Shown here piece by piece: positions 26,377 through 40,000 of a DNA stretch of 64,000 nucleotides. The notes beneath the pieces are model-generated. The model ran no database searches. It saw nothing but the letters and a program-made list of their open reading frames with translations, and was not told the origin of the DNA. Origin of the DNA: Paragordius varius (lineage: Eukaryota > Animalia > Nematomorpha); contig OZ176050.1 of assembly GCA_964247055.1 (NCBI GenBank), forward strand, positions 8,742,001-8,806,000. The letters are read 5' to 3'. Position 1 is the first letter of the stretch. Every line of letters begins with the position of its first letter. The position numbers were made by a program, and so were the translations under genes.

Positions 26377-29300
26377 ATGGCTTACAACACGTCCGAGATG
26401 GTAAAAAATTTTAATATAGGTTATTAGATCGATGAGGAAATTAAAACATTGTAAAATATATATTTTATTTAAGGTATGTTGGAAATTTGCCATTAGAGGC
26501 GTCAGAGCCTTTATTAATAGATTTATTTCAGCATATGGGGACGGTTTTAAGTTGCAAAATTATAAGAGATGTAAGTGCGCTTTGTAAGTTTAGGGTATAT
26601 CTGATCCATATTGTTTTATTGAGTTTGCTGACCAAACATCAGCTATGACAGCCAGAACGGCTATGGATGGAAGAAATTTATTGGGAAAGGTTTTATAATA
26701 TAAAATTGTTAAGAATCTTAAAGTTAATTGGGCCACTTCATCAGGTATGATAACACATAAAGCGGATACTTCAAGTAAAAATCTTTTTAATATACATATC
26801 AGAACATTTTCATGTGTTTGTTGGCGATTTGAGTCCAGAAATTACGACCCAACGATTAAAAGAAGCCTTTACCTCATTCGGGGAAATCTCGTATAGATTT
26901 ATTTTTTAACAATAGTGATTGTCGTGTCGTAAAAGATTTGCAAACTTTAAAATCAAAAGGCTATGGATTTGTCTCTTACGTTAATAAACAGGTTTGTTTA
27001 TAAGTTTAAATCTACCATACAAATTAAAAAATAATTGAATAAATTATCAATCCATAAAACATCATTAATTTAATAATATTACAATATATCTTGCATATAA
27101 AACTTATTGTGTTTGAGACGTAAATACAATATATAAAATATTTTATATTAAATTTTAAAATATAATAATGATGCTAAAATAGTATCTGGAATTTACCAAT
27201 ATATTAGCTGTAATATATTCTTAAAAATATAAACTTATTATTCTTATTTCAAGTTTGACACATATTTTACATGAGTGTTAATTTTAAGTTTTATGGATAA
27301 ATATTCGGCATTTTATTTTTTAAATTAGCATAATACATAACTTTGATGATTTATTTACATACGGATATAGAAACCTATTCCTAAACAAAAGAATATATTT
27401 AAATAGTAAAATATTACTGGATAAATCACTTACAGTCAGACATCTTTCGGTTAATATTTTATGAGTTCTCCCATCCTCATTTTGGTTTAAAAAATTATTA
27501 TTGACTCTCATGTCGCACAAATTGAATTACATATCAAAACACTTTTTAAAATTTATGGATAACTGTTTTTGTATCATATTTTTTGCATACAAAAAGTTAC
27601 ATAGAGCATATGCACCGATCATTGATGTCTATTGTTTCAAAATTGACTTTTCTTTTATATTTTTTAATTTCGGTCTGTTTTTTGGTATCCAAAATGTATA
27701 AAGGTGAATTAATGAACTACGAAAATTTTAGGATGCCGAAAACGCCCTCTCAAGCATGAATGGTCAATGGCTTGGGAATCGCGTAATTCGTACAAATTGG
27801 GCCACTCGAAAACCCATGGGACCTGGATCAGGTGCTTTGGGTTTGGCCAACAATACTACCGAATTCGGAGATGGGGATTATTTTCCTTCCTCCTATGATA
27901 ATTCAAACAGTGAATGTAAGCTTTTTTTATATATAATTACTGTTAATAAATTGCTCCTCTAAATTAATGAGCTTATAATCATATATTATTTTTATTATAA
28001 AAGGTTATACTTTTGAAACTCTAATTCTTGAAATTTTATGCGGTTAGAACGAGCTCTTGATAATGAGCCAAAATATACTGAAAAAATTTAAATTTATTAA
28101 ACCAGTTTTAGTAATTTTAACTGATTAACGGCGTTTGCTTTGATTTCGATTCCCTAGAACAAAAAACTCTACTAATATTATTACATAACCAAAATTATTC
28201 TCAACTAAATGATTAATCAATATTAAACCTTATCTTATCTAATAAACAGCGTAATAACGTATAAATTAAATAAATGTTTATATGCTATATTTGTTTATAG
28301 ATTATAGTCTATCTAAAACAGGGGTGCCCAACACTAATGACGCCGCATTTTTGTCTTAAAAAATGCACTGGGCTGCATTCTAAAAATATATGGCCATTAT
28401 AAATATTTTGTAAGATAAGATAATTTATAAAAAAACTAAGAATATATAACTGCTATTTAATTAATCAATTTTTGCTAAATTCATATCAAAATTCGGGAAG
28501 ACTTGGATAGAATATTTGTTTATATAATAACAATTTTACTACGATTTTATAAATATTTTTGCAAATTATGGAATTTTGGTTATATTTGGTAATTTTACGC
28601 GGTCCTCACATACTACCACGTGTTTGACTTCCCTGATTTAAAATATAATTGATAGTCTCCAACAAATATATTTTTACAAAAAAATTCTTTTATTGCTAGC
28701 TAATTACAACAGTTCCGCAATCGCAAATGCCCCAATAACCTACGCTCCTGGGACGGCCAATAAGCGTTTATCTCACAGCGAAGTTTCATCTCGCACGACA
28801 CCGACCAACACTACCGTATATTGTGGTGGAATCATGAATGGATTGAGTGGTATAATACTTGGATAATGTTATAGCTAGGGGTGAAAGGAAATTGTTTTTT
28901 GAATAATCATCGATGGTTTTTTTGGATATACAGTCATGTATCCTTTATTTTATCAAAAATTTATTATTTTTTTCGTTAAATGGGTATTATTTGGTAAAGA
29001 ATGGAAAAAACAAGAGCTCTATGGTAATTCTTATACTTTATTGATGATATAATATTGTTAATACCATAGAGCTCTTGTTTTTTCCATTCTTTAACAAATA
29101 TTTATACCCATTTAATAAATTTTTGATAAAAGAAAGGATACATGACTGTAAATTAAAAGATTATTTTGCTTTGCATTAATAACACCAAATTTTTTTGCGC
29201 GTAAAATGCTATTGAGTCGTGGGAAGGGGCTTGAAAAAAACTGTTTAAATAATTTTTTAACGGCAATCATTTTAACAAAAATTAAATTTGACTCTATCGA

Positions 29301-32300
29301 ACCTTTTTTTATAAAAAATTACTTAAACAATATATCTGTCTTTATTCGCTTTTATAACAATCTTTGAGAGTTTTTTTAATAAATAAATAATTTATTATGC
29401 TTTCTTAATATTTATATTTATTGTGACAATAAAATCGTATATTTATCACATATGACTATATTATTTTAGAACAGTTAATGAGAGACGCATTTAAACGATT
29501 TGGCGAAATCAAAGATGTTCGTGTGTTCAAAGAAAAGGGTTTTGCCTTTATTAAGTAATTGTGTGTGTATATAGGAAAAGTTTATAATTAAAAAATTTAG
29601 ATAAGATTTACTATTTCCCAATCATACGTTTTACCAGCCAACGGAAACGTTTTATTTGTAAAGATATATTTAAAAATTGGATATAAATTTTATAACATAC
29701 TAATAAGTAATATTTTTTAATACCACAATAATCTTTTGACATTTTATGATAATTTTTAACTTCAACGCAATCATAATGAAATTTTATTTTTTATACTATC
29801 CATTCTTATATCAATGTACTTTAATAATAAGTTTTAAGCAAAATCTTATTGAGATTATATTTGATTTTGAAATACTTTATACATATTTTTTAAAAAATTA
29901 TTAACTTAGATAAAATATGCCATAAACCAAAATTTAATATGAGTTAGGTTAGCGCAAAAATGATATATTTTTAGGGTAAATTTGAAATATTTTAAGTTGT
30001 TTCACGTTTCAAGGTAATGTCAAATGTTTGACGGTAGTTTCAAAATGTACATTGATTACACCTAAAAAATTAGATTTTCATATAAATAAATTCTTTAAGG
30101 ATTGCGCACAATTGGAGTTGAATAATAAAAACAATTGTCAATAAATAATTTTGAATAAAGATATATTTTTAAGTATGTTCATACTGTTAAAATTTTTTAT
30201 ATCATGTTTTGATATTTATCCAAAATAAAAGTTATATTTTAAAAAAATTTAAACCATGTATAACCTTGAATAATATAAAGTGTGTGTTACCAATATACTT
30301 TATTCATTTGGCTAACCAAAACAATAAGTTATATTAGTTTTTACATTCACATTAATATCTCAAATATGTATACTTATAATGGTGAAAAGTTAGTTTTATT
30401 ATTATAATATAAATAATTGTGATAGCATATTTACTGGTTATGAAAATGGTTTCCGATTGATTGGGAAAATGCTTTCCCCACGGGCAAGATACATATTTTA
30501 ATCATCATGCATGTATATTTTACATCCCCCCCCCTTAGATTCACGAAGAAAGATAATGCCGTAAACGCCATCGCAACCATGAATAATGCCATTGTTGCAG
30601 GCAACATTGCCAAGTGTTATTGGGGCAAAGAATATCCCGATCCTGGGGGGAGCGGTGGTGCTGCCGCCATCGTTTCACCCTTCATTCCCTCAGCCGTGGT
30701 GGGCGGGAGTGGGATGAGTCCTTCTCAGCAGTCCGCTATAGCGGCCGCCCTTGTCATGAATGCCACGGGAAATGCTAGTGCTGCTGCTTCGGTCGCTGGG
30801 ACGGGCCAACAGCAAACGGCTAACCCTTACTTTTATCCAGGTACAAAAAAAATGTTTGTAGGGTGGTGTGGTTGATTTGACCAGCCCAAAATGATATTAT
30901 AAATAGCGAAGTTGTTTGATATATGAGATTTGACGGACATAATTTTGTTTTAAAATTATAGATGTTTCTATTATGTGAAAAATGAATCGCATTATAATTG
31001 ACTTATCACTTCTTTTCCTTAATTGAAAATAATTATGGCCATGTTTCCGTTTTATATAGAATGGCAGGCGCGACGATAAAAATTAGCTGAACCAAACAAA
31101 CGATTTTCAATATTAAGTAGTCGCGCAAATTATGATAATCCAGCTCTGTGTACGATAAGCAGATTTTATGCCATCATCATCCAATCTAACTCGTTACCAA
31201 GATATATAAACTTGTTCACAAATTCAAAAGTTATAGATTGTGGTTTAGGTGCAATGTTTATTTTGTTTGTTGTATTGTATGGAGCGCAGAGTTAAAATAC
31301 CTTTTCTAATATTTGATTATATAATTTTATCCTCTTAGCTGATGAATGAATGTGCCGGGATTAGAAACCAAACCTTTTGTGTTTATTATTCAGGGAATTC
31401 AGTTGTTTTCGATTTATCTTAGTTTGGCTAAAAATTTAGTTATAATGTGATTATGGTTTGATCCTAATTTATAAAATAGAAAACAAAATTATTATATCTC
31501 AAAAAATTGTTTAGTTTTATAATAATTGATACAATTAATAATTGTTTATTTGATAGAAAATTAATTATAATGTAAATTAGCCAATTTTATTACTCATCAA
31601 TTAATTTGTTTAGGTGCCATTGCGTACAATAACACTGCTGCCAGCTACAACATGAACCCACAGGGTCTACAAAATTATGGTTTTTATTTTTCGCTTTTTA
31701 TATAATTCATTAATAATTGAATTAAATGTAAAAAGTATAATGTCATTATTTATAAAGTCAATTTTTCCACTTCTTATATATTTACGGTTTTGTTTGAAAT
31801 TATTGAACATAACCAATTATAAGCGTATTAGATCATATAGAGGAAAATAGGGATTAAAAATGTTTATTTTTTTGTATGGGCGTATATTTTTTACATTTGT
31901 TATAAGTTAATATGCATTGCTAGTTTTTTATTAAATATTACCAGATGGCATTTACAGTAAAGAGCTATTTTATTGCCTAACATAAAGAAAACGCAAAAAA
32001 TACCTATTTTTCATGCATAAAATTTAAGCCAGTCAACTCTTTTCCCTAGTTGCGATACTTAATAATGATAATGTATATTTACTCACACTGTTCAATATTT
32101 TTTTCCAAAACACCGCTTAAAGCAGTCGTTCCCAAAAGGGGGGCAACACCCTTCAAGAGTGGTGCGAAAAATTCGGTGAATTTAATTATCATTTTTTGTC
32201 GCCGATATGGAAAAAATCCGTCAAAAAATGCAGATATAAGGATCTCATTAGTTGGGATTTTTATAATATTATAATATATTTTACATTTTTATCCTGGATT

Positions 32301-34038
32301 TTTTTGAGGGGACGCAAGAATTTTTATTTTCATTTAAGTGGGGCGTGAACAAAAAAGGTTGAGAGTTACTGGTTTAAAGAAACCCTAATTTATATTTTAC
32401 AACAATTATTTAGGTTATGCGGCCCCTTATGCAGCAGCTTTTCAAAGACCACAGTTTCCAGCTGGAGCTTATATGAATGGCAGTGGAGGTTACGCCAATC
32501 AAGTAATCAAATATTTCTAGAATATTTTAATTATTACCAGCTCTGTTTTATGCTCTTTGATAATTTGGCGCGTTGACATGCGCATGTTATGTTCAGTTAA
32601 CGGCGATTATAATGGTTGATAGGTAAAAATCATAATAATCTTTAATTATACCATGACCTCTGAAACTTTTTTGCTTATGGTTCGATATTAATTATCGTCT
32701 GTCCTATATTAGGGTAAAATAATGAGGAAATGATATACATAGAATTTATTTTTACCGCTTATACCTCTTGTAACATTTTGGGGTTGATTTGAAATTAATT
32801 TCTTACTACACTCTTTTTATTTTCATCAATCATAATAATTTGTTTTCTGCGCTTTATTTCGTAAATAAATACATTTTGCAGTATTTGTCCCATCGGGTTA
32901 AATTTGTAAAATCACTATTATTTGAAAAGGTATTTTAAATGATAGCTAATAAACCTTTTATTTTAATAGTTTGGACGGTTTATTAAATATATGCTACAAG
33001 AAACGATTGCATTGTAAAGTCATCCAATTTGATTAGTTAATCATAATTTCTGCAAAACCTAAAAAATAGTGGAGAATTTTTAGATTTTTAAAATATATTT
33101 ATAATTCACTTTATAGACCATAAAATGCATTTATTTAATTAGCATTTTAAATTTGGATTCATTTGGTGGAAAACTACCCCAAATCGCAATTGAGTAGTGT
33201 TAAATTATAATTATTTATTTTCATGTATTTTTTTAGTATGGATATCCACAATATTGGTATAATACCGGAGCTGCTGGTGCAGGTATGGCTCAACAACCCC
33301 AACAATATGGCGTTCAAAGTGGAGGAACAGGAACTCCTATGCAACCCAAGTATGCAAACAAAAAATCATAAAACAATAAATTTTTTCATATAAAATAAAA
33401 CCATATTTTTATTCCCTGATTTTACCTATATAACCATGTTAAACCTATGTCTCGCTATAGTCGATCCATTTTTTTCAATATAGTAAATATAACTTCTCTT
33501 GCAATTTTTTCATGTTGAGTTTTGTCAAGGTTAAAAACACAAATGGCTTCGAGGGCCGTAATTTTCTCCAAAATGGGCACTAGCAAAAATTTTATTAGAT
33601 TTCAAACTTAAGAATTCTAAAAAAGTACGACAATAAAACTATAATTTATTTGAACAATATCAATTTTCTTATTTTATAAATTAATATTTCGTAAATATTT
33701 TGCATGTTTTTATGCCGGTTGCCGAAATATTTGGAGTGTGTTGAACACCCCTAGTTTAGAGTATTGTTCATCTTTTAAAGAATAAAATTGAGTATATTTC
33801 GCAAATTAAACGAAAGGTTAAATCTTAAACAATTAAAGTATGGTCTTCATAATATTTCTTATTTTCGAGAAACTTAACGAATCTTTTTACACAATTCATA
33901 TTTTCATGCCAAGATTACCTCATATTAATCCGAAAACTATCATAATTATTACTTACGTTTTACTAATTATTCAAAAAATATATTAGCATGAACAACCCTA
34001 ATATGGGACAAGTTGGAGCTCCGCTGCAAAATCAATGA
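26377..34038 (+). CDS. TIA1/TIAL1: TIA-1/TIAR (Rox8)-family RNA-binding protein: 3 RRMs plus Q/G/Y/A-rich prion-like C-terminus; 15 exons, 501 aa
   Basis: Exons 26377-26400,26428-26450,26474-26570,26594-26689,26714-26774,26803-26890,26916-26991,27732-27915,28700-28849,29470-29554,30539-30840,31614-31679,32414-32502,33237-33349,33987-34038 (1506 nt, open frame). Motifs: [87 protein letters not shown]. The start exon (MAYNTSEM) is the least certain part. Confidence 0.95.
28319..28635 (+). mobile_element. hAT-type MITE (~317 bp) in TIA-1 intron 8
   Basis: TIRs caggggtgcccaacac / gtgtttgacttccctg; 8-bp TSD atctaaaa / atttaaaa (7/8 match). Confidence 0.8.
28931..29148. mobile_element. Tc1/mariner-type fold-back MITE (218 bp) in TIA-1 intron 9
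   Basis: TA|cagtcatgtatccttt...aaagaatggaaaaaacaagagctctatggta and its near-perfect reverse complement ending ...aaaggatacatgactg|TA. TA target duplication. Confidence 0.9.
32030..32371. mobile_element. Degenerate hAT-type MITE in TIA-1 intron 12
   Basis: Ends cagtcaactctttt / aaaaggttgagagttactg (cagt..ctcaacctttt-type TIR), with a GC-richer interior than the flanks. Confidence 0.55.
33526..33753 (+). mobile_element. hAT-type MITE (same family as 43595) in TIA-1 intron 14
   Basis: acacaaatggcttcgagggccg at the 5' end; gtgtgttgaacaccccta at the 3' end. Confidence 0.65.
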
Positions 34039-37000
34039 AAAAAAATGAATGACCACTTTTAGATTTGGAATGTAAATACAAATAAATTATTGTTTGTTTT
34101 ATACTCGTTATTTAACATAGAAATATTCAGTAAATTAAATCATATAATCCCAAATATTATCTTATATTATAAGGGATATATCTATGATATATTAAAATTA
34201 CCAATATTCTTGATTTGTCGTGTGTAAGGACACCGTGAGATTGGTTGTAAAAATAAATTAAAAATGTGTGATTTATGAATCAGCAAAAAATTGTTTTTTG
34301 CTCTCTGAATAATTTCGTTATTCTTGTTTTATCAATTTTGCAATTTCTTTTGCATTGAAAAAATTTGCATACAGAATATTTTCAAATTTATGATTATTTT
34401 GCATTCTTTGTGTATCTTATTGTGAGCGATATAAAATTTTTAACCATTTTTTAAAATATATATATGCGTATAAGATTTATCCAATTTTTTATTACATTAA
34501 CATAAGTTTTAGTATGGTTAATGTTTCCTAAAATCAACTTAGTTTAGTAAGAAGGCATCTTTTTGTTCTTGGTGGAATTATAAATTATATATTTTTTTCT
34601 CCCTAACTATCAGTTATGTCGCATGCTGTTGGTTTTTTTTCATCTGCAAAATGAATTATGTTTAATATCTCTTTAATCTTTTTGACCTTAGGTCTTAGCA
34701 TTTGTTTTATTCTTTAGATAATAAAGTAGTAAGTAAGTAGCTTTACTAAAAATTAGTCATATTTTCGTTTTGTTCCAATTTTTATAATTATCCATTTGGC
34801 GCACTGAGGAGCCTTTTTACCAAACAGTAAAATATTATTTAAAATGGTCAAAAAAATATATTAAAGTGTTTAAAAAATTATTTTTTGGAATAATAATTTA
34901 TTTTAACTTACTTTAATTTTAATGTTTGTATGATTAATATATAATTATCGTTATGATTATAAACTATTATATGTGCATAAAATTTAAACAGTGTATAAAA
35001 TAAAATTAATAGACTATAATTTTTTTAAGCATATGTAAGCATGGTATGAAAATGTGGGGGCAATTAATGGGCTATTTGAAGGTTCATAAAAATTTATTAT
35101 TTTATTATAATATGTACATGTGAGTAGTAAACATTATTTTCATATTGTCTGTTAGTCTATCTAAGTAATAGCATCATTTTTGCATAATAATTATATAAAC
35201 ATTTTTTTTGAGAGAAAGTATGGTTAGTTGGTTTACCTAATAAAATTAACGAACCAATTTTATATATTTTATTAGCTATAAAAACCTTAACCTATGTTTT
35301 ATTGTTTTCATTTTATAATTATATTAAATATTTGTTAATATATTAATGTATATGTATATATACAATATCGTCATTTGGTCGCATACCAACACACATACAC
35401 AACTTCTATATGTTAAAATTTATAATTGAGTCTAGTACACTTTTGTACGCTTTTCTTACCTTAAATGTACATTATTAATTTAGAGTGTCAAAATGTGATA
35501 AAAATATTTTTTCAACTCGTAATTACAGTATTAGCTAGTATACATTGCTAGAAAGTTATTAATTATTTCCAAATAGCATATACAACAAAGGGCAGTATTA
35601 TTGGTGCTTATAGTTATTTTTTTCACTTTTTACTATTATATAGTATATTAATTTAATATTAATATGCAATCAGTGAAATAAATTTAAATATTTTAAAGTT
35701 TTATTTGAGTAAAAGTTACAAAATGAGAAAATATGGTTTAATTTAATACATTTTAATATTTATAATAACTTATTTTGATTTTGTAAAACCCATATGGTTT
35801 TAAAATAAAAAATTAATTAAATAAATCATGATATCCATAGTTTGTGAATTTTGACAGTAATAACAATATTTCTCTCCTATAATTATTATTATATTAGGAT
35901 TTTCGATAAAATGTATAGTAAATATAATACGTCGCACAAGTTTGAAAACTCTTTGGAAGAAAAAAACTCATTTTCAATAATTAAATTTCTCGTTTTTTTA
36001 TGTTTGACTGCTGATAACAAAAGTTCATTTATGTTCATTATTTTGGTGATATATGTGGTATAGGTGAAAATTTATTTGTAATTTTGGAGTGGTCGGTATT
36101 TTCGACGCTTTAATTTAATTAAAAAAATTTGGATTGTTTGAAGTTTTTACCTGGTGAAAAAAAACTATTTATATTCAAATTATTTCCCATAATATTTTTC
36201 TCTTATTTACTCATTTTTTGGATACATTTTGGTTGGTAAAGTAAGATAGGTATACATTATTGTGCCTGAAAAAGCTAATAAATTAAATATATGAAGAGTT
36301 CACTTCACTCTTTAATATCTTTACAAAAATATTATGTTTGATATCGTATTTGAAAAAAGTGCAAAGTCCTGTTCAATACACCCATTTCAATATGCACTTT
36401 TTATATTGATAATAAATAAATTAGTAAATTTTTTACGTGCTCTTAGAGGTACTGAAACCATAAATTTTGGTATTTTATTTAATTCATAATTCATTATTAT
36501 TAAACAATGATTATTTATGAATCGGCCCACCGTTCTACAAATTGAATTTTAACGCATTTGGCAGGCGGGAATTACTTTTGTAAAAAAACTTTTGAATTTA
36601 AATTTTGCCGATTTTAGTGTTTTAAAAGTGCCCTTTTATTATTATCAAAAATATACAATAAAACGTTTTTACTGTTTATATAAAATCTGCTAAAAATTAA
36701 TTAAATTAAAATAAAGCCGCAATTTTTATGGATATTTCCTTTTGTGTTAACAATTTTAATATAAATTTTTTGAAATATATCATAATAAACATAGGTTCTT
36801 ATGCATAAGGTGAGAATTTATTTTAATTGAAAAGGCAGCCTTTTTATGTGTGCGTAACATATAGTTTTATTGGAATTTTGGAAAAGCTAAACCTTTTTTT
36901 ATGTTATAAAAATAAATATTTATTAACTTAAATTACGGTTTCATTACTAATGCCTTATTAAATAGCTGTGATGAAATATATTTTAAATATCAACCGATTT

Positions 37001-40000
37001 TAAATTCTTTTGTTATTTATTAGTTTAAATTAATCAATCAAGTCATAATTCCAACTGATTAAACAATAATTCTACTTTTGATTTGAATGTATTAATGATT
37101 TTTGTAAAAGAAAGCTTTATTCATTATCACAAATGTGCAGAGCGTTTGTAAATTAATTTGTTCGTTTCGCATAAAAATATTTATTCTACAGTTTCTAATA
37201 AAAAATTATATTAGCTACACTTTGTGTTGCCAAATTTTAAAGAAGATTCAATCCTAAAAGTTAAAATTATATTTAAACTTTTTGTTTCTAATATAACCGA
37301 AAATACGAACAAATTATATAATACTTTTCCATATAAACGCCTAAGAGGTAGCTACAAAACCATTCTGTGTACCAATCAAATCATGGCAACAGCCTAGACC
37401 ATATATAATTTAATAAATGTATAGTTCAAAACTGGCAAAATCAGTAACCACTCCTATAAGCAAATTTTACTAAATTGTAATATCGCTTCCCGAAGCTTAA
37501 AATACTGAACAATAAAATTATAAACTGCATAGAAGAGTGACAAGATTTGACAAGACAATCTTATAATATAATATATTATTTTATTATATATTAGTCAAAC
37601 TTTGTGGTTTTCGTATTATAAATTGTTTTTTATTATGGTAATGTTTATATTAATAAATCAGTTTTTAAGGGAAAACAGCCAAAGTTTAATATGTGCGCAA
37701 CTTCTTAAACCCATCCTATGTATCGACGGATTAATCACATGTTTTTGATAAAAAATTCTGGTGAGTATAAAAAGAAAGATACGATACTTTAGTTAAATTA
37801 ATCGAATTTCAAAACCCGCGCCAACAAAAATATTTAATTAAGTGCCTTTGATTTCAATAATCTGATTGCATTTTAGACTCTTGACTTTATCCCAAAGCTT
37901 ATTGAAAAAGTCATATGAATTTTTATTTATTGTTTAGTTTTCTCAGTTTTTTAGCCATTTTGATTTATAAATAATAGTATAATAACGAAAATTTACAAAA
38001 ACGGCTGCTTACGTAAAAACAGTTTTTTTTTATTTCATCCAGATATGGCCCTAAAAAAATTTCGATTTCTAAATAATCCAAATTAGCCAAAATTTGACAC
38101 ACACACACACACTTGTTCTAAAAAGGTTGTTGAATATATAAAAATCAAATTTGCGAATTTAAAGAGCCTCTCCTGCTTATATGTTAGTGCTTGCTTTGCA
38201 TTTATTTTTTTGAACCGCCCTTATTGATGTAATAAAATTTAGAGCGGATAATATGAAAAACAATTATTTTAACCCCAAATGAAATATTTTGTTAATTAAG
38301 GTTAAGATCATTAGCTTATTACTCATTTTCCAAAATTTATTTTACAACAAATTAAAATGAAGTTTTAAATCATTAACTATCGATAATTTTTAACATTTAG
38401 ATCTAAAACATAATATTGTTTTAATTTTAAAACCCGAATATTTTTTTATGTTTTAATTTAGAATCTGATTTTCCTAATAAATCATTGCTTTCGCTTGATC
38501 GCAACAGATTGTGTAAAGGAGAATTAATGTCTGATAAATATGTGATTGATTAATATAAACTAATTAAAGTTATTTTTTATTAATTATCTTACAATAAGCA
38601 ATAGTTTATAATTTAATAAGGATATGTTGGATTAAATAATATATTTAATTAGTTTTTAGTTTTCTTTAAAATCTAAAGTCTCGCTGGATAATTCTTATTC
38701 AAAACTAGGCGAAAACATTTTTTACCTCCGATCTATTTCTGAATTAGTATTTAACTTTAATGTACAATAAAAAATTTATACCAAAACGGTTGAGCTTAAT
38801 TTAAATTTTAATTACTTGCTATTAAGATAACTTTTTAATGACCGTTTCTATTAGAAATTTTTTTTTAAAATACCACAAATTTCTACGTTGTTACTTCATT
38901 TTTCGCAAAATTATAGTTTTCTAATAATCTTTAGAAGAATATGTTTAGTTAAATTATTCTTTTAAATATATTTTCAAAAAAAATAAATTTTTACATTTGT
39001 ACAAAATGTTGCCTGAAGCCATCGTTTTGGGTTATTTTCTCGTATCTCAGATTTGTGTCGGAAAGAAACACAACATACGGAATTTTTATAAATGATAATT
39101 ACTATATATTGGGCTAATCTTTATCACCACTTAATAAATTATTTTACACCTGTCTCTCAAGCATAAAATTTTATTTTTGAGAATATATTATCTAGACAAT
39201 TATGCGTCAATATGTATTTTTTATATTTATCTACAAAAAATATTTTGTTGTTGAAATTTATTTTCCGCCGATGATTCATTTATAAAAAGGCTATATATAC
39301 GGAATCCTTATGAAACAATTTATTTATTCTAAAATTTTAACTTTTCTATTCTCAACTTTAAACTCATACATCCTTATTGTATGATTGAAAATTCTGATAT
39401 TTGGTGACAGTATTCATTATTTGATTCAAGTATCTATTCAATATCGATTATTTTGTAACGAAAACTTTAATGTAAACTACTAAATTGTTAGATGAATTAT
39501 TACAATATATTTTTTAATTATAAATTTGTAAAATATTGACACATTTTGAGTGAGTGTATAACAATATGTGATATTTTGTAATTATCGTGCTAGTTTAGTT
39601 TTTGTTTTGACCAAAAAAACTGAAGTATCTTTTGTCCTTCAAACTTCAAAAAAGTGTTAACCAATAAAATGCGTTTTTATACAAAAAGTTTACACATATA
39701 TGAAATTTTAATTTTTGTAAAATTTACAAAATAATGTCCAAAATATATGTACGTTTAAGATCGTCGCAAATTTTAATATTAAAAAAGTAAAATCTAAATG
39801 TTGTTTAAATAATTGATGCACTCCTAAAATTTACAGGTTCTTTGCAACAAATTGCATCAAAACATATAGTAACAGTTTTGTTGAAAAATACCCTGTAATA
39901 AAAATCTTTCGTGGGTAAACTTTGTATTTACATCATAATCTAGCGCTATAGACAAGCGTCGTTTCTTATTTCCGGCCCAGTTGACTTGGAAACCGGTGGC

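Noticed and set aside
39006-39095. Signal-peptide-like MLPEAIVLGYFLVSQICVGKKHNIRNFYK*
   Set aside because: Terminates with a stop and has no donor or W-x3-NP motif; at most a decayed exon.
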